64,000 bases of DNA from Eledone cirrhosa (GCA_964016885.1 OZ024755.1:23870001-23934000), one strand, 5' to 3'; counted from the stretch's first letter, positions 13,725 through 26,477 are shown. Notes: generated from the letters alone by a model not told the origin. Numbers and translations: made by a program.

Positions 13725-13735
13725 AATATTCACAC

Positions 13736-13785
13736 TCTATCTGATACCATATAGGTAATGCTTTACTTGTATGGTATCAGATAGA
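13736..13785 (+). other. 50-nt hairpin, 23-bp stem with two G:U pairs
   Basis: TCTATCTGATACCATATAGGTAA TGCT TTACTTGTATGGTATCAGATAGA. Confidence 0.8.
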
Positions 13786-13869
13786 TATAATGAGTGCTTA
13801 CATCTGATTACACCCTAGTCAGTTGATTGCATAATTAACCACCACAGATTACTTGAAATTAAAAAAAAT

Positions 13870-13951
<82 letters not shown>

Positions 13952-14579
13952 TAAACATAGTGTTTCTGTGCTAAGTTAAATGTCAATAACTTTGTATGTA
14001 TGCATAATATAAATGCACCATTCACTGCATATAAAAGATTTATTTGTACAAATTTTATACAACACAGTTCATATTCCTAACATTCAACCTTATTACCATA
14101 TTTCATGATACATCATACTGATGTGTTTCATAACCCATTGAAAAGATTCCCAAGTAGCTAATTATTTATAACGATCTAGGATAAATTACTAAGATTTTAA
14201 GGATCCTCATGCTTCACAATCATATAAATAAAGGTTTTCTATGCAATTTACTTTGCAATTCTATCATATGTACATTTAAAGTTTTTAACATTTAAATTTG
14301 CACAAGAACCTTAAAAACATTCTGGGTTTGGGTGCACATGTGCATTTATATATACACACAGGTAATATAGACATACACACACAGGTAATACACACACACA
14401 ATATATATATATATATTGTGTGTATGTGTATTACCTGTATATATATATATATATGTTGGTAGAAATCCGTAGATGAAAGATCAAGGAAAACAGTGTTCGA
14501 TCTGTTGGGAGAGAGCTTATTTAGTGTAAATAAAGTCTGTTTCATACACTTAACATAATCTCATACACTTAACATGTTA

Positions 14580-14975
14580 AGTGTAAGAGATTACGTTGGT
14601 ACGGACATGTGATGCGTATGAAGGATAACAGCTGTATAAAAGGTGCAGAGTGCTCAAAGTCGATGGCAGCCTTGGAGTGGGGAGACCCAGGAAGCCCCAA
14701 ACTCACACTGTAAAGTAGTTGTAATGGTGACACAGTAAAAAGCACCGAGCCCACACTGTAAAGTGGTCATGTAGGTGTCATGATAAAAAGCACCCAGTAC
14801 TCACTGTAAATGAGGTTGGCATTAGGAAGGGCATCCAGCCATAGAAAACAAGCCAAAATCAGTTCTGTATGAGCAAGACATGGTCACCTGACCTAGCATT
14901 GCCCACAACAGGAAAACTCGTCTAACCCATGCTAGCATGGAAAATGGACGTAAAACGGTAATGATGATGATGTTA
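14580..14975 (+). mobile_element. RTE 3' fragment with repeated 3' UTR unit
   Basis: RLRWYGHVMRMKDNSCIK; tail ACCCATGCTAGCATGGAAAATGGACGTAAA. Confidence 0.8.
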
Positions 14976-15374
14976 TCAATGGCATCCAATCATACAGACC
15001 CTGTATAAAATGGAATTCACATAAAAAAACAAATGGACGTAAAACAGTGATGATGATGATGATATATACATACTTACACACACACACACACACACACACA
15101 TATGTATATATATATATATATAATGTATATATATGTATATGTAAATATATATATGCCTATATATATATATATAGAGAGAGAGATATACATACATTTATTT
15201 ATATATATATATGGAACAAGCTGTTGAAAGAGCAAGAGCTCACCAGTTGGGTCTCAACTCTTTATAATCTAGCCATATTCTACTACCTCAAGTAAAAAGT
15301 ACTCAGTTGAATAATGGTCTAACTAGTTTCAAACTGGTTCCATCCTGATATATATATATATATATATATATACA

Positions 15375-16259
15375 CAGGGTGTGGACGATATTTGTTCGCA
15401 ATTTTCAACTGGTAATTTTATGCAAATTTTTTTTACTTCCGTTGTCACTCTTGTCTTCATAAAAACAGTGACTATATTTCCATTATTTATTTTCAGAATA
15501 ATTGATTATGAATAATTTTGAACCTCCAAATTTGTGGAATAGACACAGAATTCTTCTTGGAATCCGTGCCGGGAGGACAAATAAGACCAGAAGATCAACT
15601 CCCAGAACAACAGGTGGCTCGCTGTCTCATCCAAAGACGTGCCCAGAGTCATGCAGACAAAGTTTCAAGCGACAACATTGGTTTTAGGTGTCGTCAGCAG
15701 TCAAGATGACGTCATGCCACCTCACTTCTTCCCTGAGGGCCTCAAGCTGAACACCGATGGCTACATCCACGTTCTGAGCAAGGTATTAAAGCCCTGGATC
15801 GACCAGGTAGCTGCAGGTAGGCCATACATGTGGCAGCAAGACTCAGTGCCCTGCCATACCAGCCGAAAGACCCAAGCCTGGCTGTCAGAGAACTTCGTCG
15901 ACCCCACTTCACCTGACATCTGGCCTCCCAGCTCGCCTGACTGCAACCCCCTCAACTTCTTTGTGTGGGGCTCAGTGGAACGAGACACCAACAGATCTAG
16001 CTGCAATACGATCTGAAGGCCAGGATCACAAGTGCCTTTAGGGGCCTAAGTCAGGGGACAGTGACGAAGGCCTGTAGCCGGTTCCGAGGCCACTTTGAGG
16101 CCGTCTTCAAAGCCAATGGCGGGTTTATTGAGTTAGATCGAAAGAACAAGTCATGAAGACAAACTGACCCAAGTTTGATAAATATATCTTAAAAAATAAA
16201 ACTACTGTGTTATTTTTTCCTAGACAGTAATCTTGCGAACAAATATCGTCTGCAGCCTG
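15375..16259 (+). mobile_element. Internally deleted Tc1/mariner element of the DD37D (maT) family; transposase pseudogene
   Basis: 27-bp TIRs CAGG(G/C)TG..GACGATATTTGTTCGCAA; ORF 15639..16016 has WQQDS.PCHTSRKTQ...WPPSSPDCNPLN with 37 residues between the second D and the third catalytic position (here N). Confidence 0.9.
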
Positions 16260-16626
16260 AATATATATAAAGCTGACATAAAATGATGATGATATATATA
16301 TATGTATATAATGTATATACACATTGATGGCTGCAACTCTAGTAAGAGTATTGCAATCACTTGTCAGATTATAGAGTTTGGTGCACTTTTAGGCTACGGC
16401 CAGCCACATGAACCTGTAACATATCCTGAACAAGCAATGCCTGTGCTTTGAAGGTTTTTTAAGTGGGGAAAGGCCTTGCACTCAATCAATTCCACTCTCT
16501 GAGCATGGAAAAAATTACCTGAAAATACACATATTACATATGTACAAACACACACATCCGTATATGTAGGATATAGCGCTTTTTAGACATGAATTATTAA
16601 TGGTTATGTTCAAGTATCAATCTTTA

Positions 16627-16657
<31 letters not shown>

Positions 16658-16979
16658 TTTGTTTGTATTAATGAATGTACAATGATATACAAGAACTCTT
16701 CAAAAAATAAGTTTTTTTCTCAGACAACCACTTACTTATATTGAGGCACAACCATGTCATTTCCATCAGTAAGTTTTAAATAATTGCTTGCTGAATTTTT
16801 CATGGTGTAAGAATTTCACATCTGTCATTTGAATTTCAACACAGAGATATATGAAAAGATAATGATTTAATTCCAATCACACATGGAGGTAGATTGAAAA
16901 TAGGAAGACAGACAGACATGGTCAGAATGACTCTGATCAAAGACACTTTCTTGGTTGATTCATGCTGTTATTATTAACC

Positions 16980-17352
16980 ATCCTTTACGTTCCAAGTTCA
17001 AATCCCACCAAGGTTAACTTTGCCTTTCATCCTTACGAGGTCGGTAAAATAAAGAACCAGTAATGCACTGGGGTAATTGCTGGCCTTGTGCCAAAAGTAG
17101 AAACATTTATTAACCACCATGAGGGCGGTGGATTGGTAGTTTGAGTAGAGCATTGGACAATATCCTTTGTGGTATATAGTTATGTCCTTTTATATTCTGA
17201 GTTCAAATCCTGCCAAGGTTAACTTTGCCTTTCATCCTTACATGGTTGATAAAATAAAGCACCAGTAATGCACTGTAATGGTGTCAATTTAATTGACTTG
17301 TTCCTCCCACCACAATAATTGTTGGCCTTGTGCTTAAATCAGAAACAATTAT
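16980..17352 (+). mobile_element. Two tandem SINE family 1 copies
   Basis: Two B-box, core and tail units. Confidence 0.85.
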
Positions 17353-17505
17353 TTACCTTCACATACATACATGGTGAAATATTGTTTCTTAATTATTTAT
17401 TTGTTTATTTACTGTAATACATCAAGTGATAATATTAAAAATGTCTAATAGCATTATATACAAATTGATCCTGTTAGAAATAGAAGACATATCACAATTT
17501 ATCAT

Positions 17506-17724
17506 CTTAACTCTTTCGCATTTATGTTACTCTACATTTACTATTGTATTTTCATGATAAAGGCTTTATCTTACATAATTATCTCACATAATATTGAATC
17601 TATGAGATTTTGAAATTATTTATTTTGAGAACCATACCTTAATATCGGTATGAGCAGCCAGTTATGGCCAGTTTGAACAGAAAGAGGTGAGAGAATTTTG
17701 ACCAGATACATGCTAAAGGGTTAT
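17506..17724. mobile_element. piggyBac-type MITE
   Basis: Family with TTAA|CCCTTTAGCATT...AATGCTAAAGGG|TTAA ends; other copies at 22211-22517, 30772-30815, 42338-42565, 43595-43856, 52165-52393. Confidence 0.8.
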
Positions 17725-17955
17725 ACAAACACTGAATAATGCAATCCTGGTTAGAATGTCTTAGATTAGAGTGATTATGGCCATGCCACCATGTCTTTTT
17801 AGGTGTGTATCTAGAATTACATTATTTAGTAATTCTTTAAGATGATAGATTATGATTTAGCTGCTCTTTTTAACAGGTTCAATGACCATATAGAGGTTCT
17901 ATCTTGATAAGGAAACAAAATATATTAAACTGAATGAGTTCCATTCCATCCTCAC

Positions 17956-17999
17956 CGACCAACGATTACAAATACATCATTGAAAGAACAGGGCATGAT
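17956..17999 (-). other. Candidate 44-nt exon (ATC ATG CCC... = MPCSFNDVFVIVG R)
   Basis: Acceptor TTCACTTACAG| and donor TCG|GTGAGG in unique DNA; one frame open. Confidence 0.3.
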
Positions 18000-18949
18000 C
18001 TGTAAGTGAACATGTAAATGATGATACAACAACACACAGATGAGAAAGAGACTGAATTAAACAATTTTTCACAAAGAAAAGATGGACATCTGCTTCGAAA
18101 TGTTGTCCAAACATTTTCAAAATATCAGGCAATTGACAATATTAATGGATAGAATTGACATAAACTATGCGGGAAAGATGGATGGAAAGTTCTAAATGTG
18201 GTACATTCAGGTTATTAAAGCAAAGATACTCAGAGGAATTCTCTGTTCAATTTATGTCCATTTTTCCATGAAAATGTGAAAAAATGGACATATAAATGGT
18301 GATGATGATGATGATAACTAAGGATCTATCTTTCATATCCTCAGATATAATGTGTATTAAATAATTGTTTGTTTAGGAGAAGGTAGAGGTGTAGAAAGAT
18401 GAGAGTGTTAGAGTTAGAATTAGGATTAAGATTAGTGCTAGTAGAGTTACCATGAGTGGTCACATGGCCACAGTCGATGAATGTTAGTAAAATGTTGTAA
18501 TGAAATTAGGTACAATCTGAGAAAAACTCATGATTGGTTCATACAAGGTATAACATATCTCTTGCCAGAATCGACAGAAACAAATATTCCAAAAAATTAT
18601 CATCCTATCACTTGCCTTCCCAAATCATATAAAATTATCACCTAGATCTTGATTGAGACAACCTAAAAATTTATGGATGAAAATCATTTTTTCCCTATTG
18701 AGCAGAAAGTTTGTCGCCATGGGTTTTAGGGTTGCAATGACCAACTTCTCATTAACCACATGATTCTTGAAAACTGTCAAAACAAACACAGAAGTTTGAG
18801 TACTGCTTAGATTGACTAAAAAAAAGGATTTGATAGTGTTCCCCACTCATGGATTTAGAAAATTTTCGATGTTCTGAAAATTCTTCTAATAAAATTAAAC
18901 TTCCTGAATTATACCAAGTGTCAACCTGACACCTAGGTCAAAATTTGAT

Positions 18950-20130
18950 AATATACACATTTTAGAATCAATTGTCATACAAATTATGCCACAAGGGCAC
19001 AAACAACTGTAGTGCAAATCAGCACATTTACACGTGTATACTCAGAGCTAACCCATTCACTCGGACCATTCTCACCTCATCCATCTTTCAACAAACTGTT
19101 TGGAAGGCAGCATTTCCCTCTCCACCCAGATTTTTTCTCTTCAGAAGAAACATGAAGAGGTTAAGAAGAGCTTTGCCGAAGAAAGTGCTTGTCTTTAACC
19201 CTTTCAAATGTATCCACCACACAACCTCCTTCACCATGGCCACCAGGCAGATAAAAACTGCCTGTCCTTCTCCTCTAAAGGAAAATGGTGGGGTGATCTT
19301 CACAATAGACTCAGTTGATAGATGGATCTATCTCACACATTATAGTAGATATTTGATGTAAACCCAGAAATCAGCAACACTCAGACACTCGACACATGCA
19401 TGCAGGATAGTTTTATCACGCTGCATGCATCCTGGTCAGGTCTGGATGATGGCACTTCCATGCCTGTAGAAGGTCTCGCTGATGGCTCTTCGATTCCTGT
19501 AGAACTCATCTTGAATTGGCAAAGCTCCTCAGTAGTACTACCAGGCCAGGGATTTATGAAAGTTATCCATTCAAATTTCCAAGCACTCCCTCTTGGTCAT
19601 CACCAGTTCTAGAACTGCAGCTCTGACAAGGAGATGAGCTGTGGAAAACTGTGTCTAGCAAATGGCAACTACATTTTTCACCATTGAGGTAAAGCTGGAA
19701 ATGATGTAGCCTGAGTGCATGTTTGCGCATCACCAGCAATAGCATGCCCATTTCTCTACTCAGCAGGTGTTGGCAGCAAAAGGACCACCTGACCATTTTC
19801 CACAAAAACCCAAACAGTCAACATTCCAGTGTGGTTAGATGTGAACCATGACAAGCTATGATGGTCAGTCAGTAGTAGATGACTGACAAGATGTCTGCAT
19901 CCACCACCTCTGCCCTACTTTACAGAGATAGCTTCCTGTTGGTCCATTTCTGGGAGTGAGTAGCTAACACTTTGGCCAAAATTTTAAATTCTGAATTTAA
20001 CAGAGTTATAGGCCTGAAATTATCTATATAGTCTCCTTTATTTGGGTCCTTTCTCAGCAGCACCACTGCCCCTTGACTCACAGTAGTGGGAATTCTCCCA
20101 TTTTGATGCCAGTTAGCATAGATGTCTGCT
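18950..20130 (-). mobile_element. Degenerate L1/Tx1-clade LINE reverse transcriptase region
   Basis: Minus strand near 19960-20020 reads NFRPITLLNSEFKILAKVLA; further RT motif remnants with frameshifts. Confidence 0.8.
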
Positions 20131-20141
20131 AAGATGTATGT

Positions 20142-20187
<46 letters not shown>

Positions 20188-20731
20188 GGTATCCCTGGTT
20201 CAATCAGGGGTAACCACAGTAAGTAAGGTACTCAATACATAGCAGAGTATAAATATTTAATATAGAAATGGCTTCTACAGGACTAGAACTGTTTCATTTG
20301 AATACATATATATATATATTTCTTGTTTCAGACATATATTTGCAATAATATAAATTTGCCTTAAATTCATGATGACTTTGTGTTATTTCTATATATGGGC
20401 GGTGGATTGGCAGTATCGGTAGAGGGTCAGACACCATGCTTTCCAGCATAGTTACGTCCTTTTACGATCTGAGTTCAAATCCTGCCGAGGTTGACTTTGC
20501 GGGGTCGATAAAATAAAGTACCAGTAATGCACTGGGTAATTGCTGGCCTTGTGCCTAAAGTAGAAACAGTTATTTCTATATATGGGAAGATACCTTGACC
20601 TGCAAATCTTGACCTGTTATCTGTGAAATACTAGGGTTGACTTTTCTAGGAGGTCTATGAAAAATTCCAGATTTTTTGGCCAAATTTTACATAAGATTGA
20701 CTATTACTCGAGTATATACAGTATATATATA

Positions 20732-20762
<31 letters not shown>

Positions 20763-20769
20763 TTCTATA

Positions 20770-20995
20770 TATATATATATAGTATTTTCCATAGTGTTGT
20801 AATATGAATATTACACACAGTAGATGGACAGCTCACGTAGAGTTTGCTCGACGGTTCCAGTTGTAGTTTCAAAAGTAATCCTTTCAGGTTATGTAACTGT
20901 TATTGAAACACGTGTCAATAAATTCCTTTTAACTGAACTGTATCCATTTAAATCCTTCTATTTTCTCCGGATTACTTTTGAAACTACAACTGGAA

Positions 20996-21030
<35 letters not shown>

Positions 21031-21190
21031 TATATATATACTGTATATACTCGAGTAATAGTCAATCTTATGTTTATTGACACGTGTTTCAATAACAGTT
21101 ACATAACCTGAAAGGTTATGTAACTGTTATTGAAACACGTGTCAATAAATTCCTTTTAACTGAACTGTATCCATTTAAATCCTTCTATAT
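20770..21190. mobile_element. Rearranged PLE pLTR fragments with the 3' half of a minimal hammerhead (family G)
   Basis: GAAA CACGTG TC AATAAA present three times in +,-,+ orientation; CTGANGA half absent. Confidence 0.65.
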
Positions 21191-21484
21191 ATATATATAT
21201 ACACACACACACATATATACATATATATAAACATATACACACACACACATATATATATATACACACGCACACACATATGTATATATAAACACACACACAC
21301 ACATACATATACACACTTACACACACACACAGACATACACATATATATATATAGACATATATATATTATAAGATAGACATACCCTACAGTCAAGCTAAAA
21401 ATATTTACCTAAAGTATGGAGAACTAAGCTGAACTATAGACTTAATAATAGAATTGGTTGTTGTCGTTGTTGTAATTAGTAACA

Positions 21485-21525
<41 letters not shown>

Positions 21526-21614
21526 CACATGCACACACACATATTTATGTATATATATATATATATATTCACATATAGATATATATATATTCACATATAG
21601 ATATATATATATTC

Positions 21615-21657
<43 letters not shown>

Positions 21658-21729
21658 AATACACATATATTTATGTATAAATATGTATATGTGTATATAT
21701 ATGTGTGTATATATATATGTGTATATGGG

Positions 21730-22103
21730 TGAGAAGGTCTAGGGGGGCGCTGGGGCCTAAGGGGTGGTGGGGGAGCAGTAGAGATGATATGATAGTATAT
21801 TAAATAACTAATGATATATATTATATAAAAATATAGTAAAATAAAAAATATATAATATTTATTTATACATAGTGTATATTATATTAGTTAAACAGAAAAA
21901 ATGAAACAAAATTTCATTTCTCACTCTTAGTACTCTTATACATACTTATATTATATTAGTTATTATATATAAATTAACGATTTTATTTATTATATATTAT
22001 TTACAATTTGTGTGTAGGCAGGTCTCTCTGGAAATAGGAGTAGGGGCACTGAGGGTGTTACATGGCCGTGAGGAGGGCTGGCCCCAAACTTTGAGAACCT
22101 CTG
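21730..22103. mobile_element. hAT-type MITE (partial)
   Basis: Ends TTTGAGAACCTCTG; homologous to 1-1102 and 40928-41228. Confidence 0.75.
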
Positions 22104-22699
22104 GGGGTAGACTGTAATTATTTAGGAGCCTATTGGATGTACTATACCTATAATTCAAAGGGTCAGCCTTGTCAAACTGTACTTCATGCAGAAAGTCCCT
22201 GAGAATTACCTTAACCCTTTAGCATTCACATTACTCTATATATACTATTATATTTTCGATCGATAAAATAAAGTACCAGTAATACACTGGTATAAATTGC
22301 TGGCCTTGTGCCGAAAGTAGAAACAATTATATTTTCATGGTAAAGGCTTTACCTCGCATAATTATCTCACATAATATCGAATCTATCAGATTTTGAAAGT
22401 ATTTATTTTGAGAACAATACCTTAACATCAGTTTGAGTGACCAGCTACAGCCAGTTTCAACAGAAAAAGGTAGAGAATTCTGGCCGGTTTTGGCCGGTTC
22501 TAACATTAAAGGGTTAAGGGTATCCATGTCTGTTGAATGCTCAGTTAGTGATATGCTAAATTCATAAGCAGGCAGTTCTGCTGAGAGAACAACTGGAACA
22601 CACATTGTCCTACCCGACAGAAGTACATTCCATAATACGGATATATATGTACATACACAAGTCACACACACACACATATATACATATATATTTTTTCTA

Positions 22700-22915
22700 G
22701 TCGATCGACTTTCGTCAAATCGGACCGAGGAAACTATGTTTCCGTTGGTCTTTCCAATTGCTAATACTATCTATCGGTCGCAACTCCAGGTAGAAGGAGC
22801 AACGTGAAATAAAGTGTCTTGCTCAAGGACATAACGCATCGCCTGGTTCAGGAATCGAACTCACAACCTCACGATTGTGAATCCAATATTCTAACCACTC
22901 AGCCACACGCTACAT
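22700..22915 (-). mobile_element. tRNA-derived SINE with CCTTGAGCAAGACACTTT core
   Basis: Minus strand GTGGCTGAGTGGTTAG (A box) ... GAGTTCGATTCC (B box); related copies at 25111-25420 and 37650-37960. Confidence 0.8.
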
Positions 22916-22992
22916 ATATATATATGTACATAAACATGTGCACACAGAAACACACCTACACATACACATGTATTATATATGTATACATATAT

Positions 22993-23185
22993 ATGAAAAG
23001 ATTCAGGACCCCGACAGCAGAGCTCTGGCCGATTCAACAGCTAGATCTGATCTAGTTGTAGAAAAGGCCTGAGCTCAGGCGTCGGGGTCCTGAATCTTTT
23101 TTTATTACCCACTCTACTACCCAAGTATCGAGTACTCTAGAGGGTTAGGGTCTACTTGGTTTTTACCACACCCTATCTGATATAT
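22993..23185. mobile_element. PLE-derived fold-back element (family A, hammerhead 3' half)
   Basis: AAAAGATTCAGGACCCCGAC...GTCGGGGTCCTGAATCTTTT inverted repeat, then tail TTACCCACTCTACTACC; related copies at 9481-9545, 24200-24362, 27740-27880, 28940-29000, 43270-43390, 63108-63302. Confidence 0.7.
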
Positions 23186-23257
23186 ATATATCGCATAGAG
23201 TGTGTGTATATATATGTATATATATATACATATATATATAGTTATTAAAATAACAAA

Positions 23258-23308
23258 AGTTTAAGCAAAGAATCGCTGCTTTCACCCTTAACGGGATCTT
23301 CTGAAACT
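23258..23308 (-). ncRNA. Hammerhead-like motif with CAGAAGA core (family F)
   Basis: AGTTT CAGAAGA TCCCGTTAAGGGT GAAA GCAGCGATTCTTTGC TT AAACT; stems I-III all pair. Confidence 0.6.
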
Positions 23309-23402
23309 AACAAAGTCAATCTGTAAACGCAGAAGTGGATATTTCAAAAAAACGTTGCAACCGGAGGAAGACAGGAAGACGATACTTTGGTTCGTGGAAA
23401 AG

Positions 23403-23724
23403 TTCGCTGGCAAAGAACGGGAAAAAACGAATATAATACGTCATTAATTGGAGCGGTGAAAAACAATTACGCGCAAAGACAGAACCACGTTTATGGTATA
23501 AAAGAGGTCGTAGACTAATGTTCTCTTAGGTGGTTCATAGAGACGTTCTCTGGCAATGAACGGAAAAAACGAAGATAATACGTCATTAATTGGAGTGGTG
23601 AAAAACAATTACGCGCAAAGACAGAACCACGTTTATGGTATAAAAGAGGTCGTAGACTAATGTTCTCTTAGGTGGTTCATAGAGACGTTCTCTGGCAATG
23701 AACTAAAAAAACAAAGATAATACG
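23403..23724. repeat. About 2.3 tandem copies of a ~142-bp CpG-rich unit within the family F element
   Basis: CGTCATTAATTGGAG at 23439 and 23581; near-identical units. Confidence 0.85.
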
Positions 23725-23922
23725 TATATATGTATATATATATATACAATATATTAACAAATGGAAACTATATTTATAAAACCATATTTATTTCATTATA
23801 TACATATTTCAAGGACACCAAAGCAAATTATGGTGCGCTTTCATCAGATAAAATAAAATATAAATCAGTTTTATAAACAAATATTGACATACCCTTAGAA
23901 TATATATATATATATATATGTG

Positions 23923-23998
<76 letters not shown>

Positions 23999-24377
23999 CA
24001 TACACACTGTATATGTGGTTAGTATTAGGAAGGGCATCTAGTTGAAGAAAGTTGAAACCAGTTATGTATGAGCAAGTCATGGTCATCAGACCTGGCTTGT
24101 CTCACAACAGGGTAACTTGTCTAACCCATTCTAGCATGGAAAATGAACATTAAACAGTAATGATGATGATGATGATGATATATATATATATATATATACA
24201 CAACGAAAGAAGTGTGGTAAGGAACCAGATGGACCATAACGCACCAGAGTACTCAATACTTAGGGTAGTAGAGTGGGTAATAGTGAAATGTTTAACCCCA
24301 GGCGGCAGAGCTCAAGCCGTTTTGACGGCTTGAGCTCTGCCATCGGGGTTAAACATTTCCATATATATATATATATA

Positions 24378-24720
24378 CACATGGCTTAGTGGTTAGAGCA
24401 TTGGCCTTGCAATCGAAAGGTTGTGAGTTCAATTCTCAGACCGGGTGATGTGTTGTTTCCTTGAGCAAGACACTTTATTTCACATTGCTCCAGTTTACTC
24501 AGCTGTAGAAATGACATGATGGGGACTGAGGTCCCTATCATTCCACTGCAAAGGGGTCGTGGAGGTGCCACGGCAAAAAAGCACCCAGCACTCACTGTAA
24601 ATGAGGTTGGTGTTAGGAAGGGCATCCAGCTGTAGAAATCGAGCCAGAATCAGTTCCCGTCCCACCCTTGCAAGCAGGGAAAAAGCGGACGTAAAATGAA
24701 ATGATGATGAAATGATGATG
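24378..24720 (+). mobile_element. Full-length SINE family 2
   Basis: A box TGGCTTAGTGG, B box GAGTTCAATTC, core and RTE-like tail. Confidence 0.9.
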
Positions 24721-24942
24721 ATACATGTACTCTTTTACTCTTTTACCTGTTTCAGCCATCCGGCTGAGGCCATGCTGGGGCACCGCCCTTGAATATATGT
24801 ATATATATGTATGATTACATATACATATATATATTACATATACATATATATATATGTAAGTTTATCCCAGGTTCAATCGGGGGTAACCACAGTAAGTAAG
24901 GTCCTCAATACATAGCAGAGTATAAATATTTAATATAGAAAT

Positions 24943-24993
24943 GGCTTCTACAGGACTAGAACTGTTTCATTCGGGAGAAATCATCAGGAAGCC
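24943..24993 (-). ncRNA. Type I hammerhead ribozyme, canonical core (family B)
   Basis: GGCTTC CTGATGA TTTCTCCCGAAT GAAA CAGTTCTAGTCCTG TA GAAGCC: 6-bp stem I, short stem II, ACAG/CTGT stem III with CTAG in the loop. Confidence 0.8.
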
Positions 24994-25427
24994 CCTGATG
25001 ATTTCTCCCGAATGAAACAGTTCTAGTCCTGTAGAAGCCATTTCTATATTAAATATATATATACACGTACATACATATTTATATATGATATGAATAGTTA
25101 AATGCATGTTATGGCACATGGCTCAGAGGTTAGAGTGTTTGACTCACATCATGAGTTTGAGAGTTTTATCCCCCAGATTCTGTGGTGTATTGTGTTCTTT
25201 AGCAAGACACAGGTTGCTCCAGTTCACTGAGCTGGAATAACTGAGTGGTGACACTATTGGTCATAGGCTGTCTATGCATTTTCTTTGGATGTAACATTCA
25301 TGGAGAGAGGAAACTGCCATGCGTGGGCGAAAGTTGGTCTGTCACAAAAACAACCTTGTGCCTCAGCAAGGCATTTTCTAGGGTCCAAACCCATGGTCAA
25401 TCATGGGTGAAGGAAGGGGGACACCTC

Positions 25428-25461
<34 letters not shown>

Positions 25462-25517
25462 TACTTGCATACATACTACAACATCCACCCACCCACATAT
25501 ATATGTATGCACACATG

Positions 25518-25571
<54 letters not shown>

Positions 25572-25937
25572 GAGAGAGAGAGAGAGGGAGAGAGAGAGAG
25601 AGAGGGGGGGAGAGAGGGAGAGAGAGAGAGAAGGAGAGAGAGAGTGACAGAGATAAAGAAAACTTGGATTCTAATGTTTACAAACATATAATTATTATTT
25701 TCACAGACACAAACAATATATATTCGCGCGTTATACAGAAATACATGTACACGCACAAACGCAGACTCACACACACATGCACAAAAAAGACACAAAAAAG
25801 ACACGCAAACACGCACTCATATACACACATACACACACAAACGGAAAGAGAAAGCGCAAAAGAAACAATGAGAATAAGCGAAGTAATAATAATAATAATA
25901 AAAAAGTATGAAATAGTTACAAGTAGTGGAGAATTAC

Positions 25938-26470
25938 CTTTTTGAATGAAGCACAAGTTCAGTAAATGCATGATTACATAAAATATAAACTTTCTTCTTC
26001 TTTCCTATCACTTCCCTTTTTTTTTTTTTGCAATATACTTTCCCGCCCTTTGTTTTCCAGTTTTCCAGTTTTCCAGTTTTCCAGACGACACCTCAGCTCG
26101 TTTGTAAGGTAAACAACACAGGCCAAGTTTGTAATTTCTCTAAAATGAATGCTGCCCTTTTATCAACTCCTAAAAGAACCAAGTAACTGTATTTATATAT
26201 ATTTATATATATATATTGTTGTCAGAACTAACTACAACAGTAATAACCCCAGCAGAACCCTTCCTCTGGTGAATTGTCACTGATGTGGAAGTCAGAGATA
26301 ATAGTAGTACTACTCACACTACTACCCACCTCTCTTACAGAAGACAAACCAAATTACAACTCCTACTACCATCACAGAAGACGTGTACTGCCACTGTCTG
26401 TGCTGCTATTACTTAGCTTGCACTCAGTCGACTTTTTTTTTTTAAATTTTACTCTGGCAACTCCAATGTA
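25938..26470 (-). other. Candidate promoter or 5' exon region of a minus-strand gene
   Basis: Transposon-free unique DNA ending in donor AAG|GTAATT; short ORF MHLLNLCFIQK; (TTTTCCAG)x4 at about 26053-26084. Confidence 0.25.
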
Positions 26471-26477
26471 AAATCCT

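Noticed and set aside
15639-16016. Active transposase gene
   Set aside because: The N-terminal half is deleted, the third catalytic Asp reads Asn and the C-terminus is frameshifted
24378-24445. Possible tRNA gene
   Set aside because: It is the head of a multicopy SINE; no complete cloverleaf or terminator
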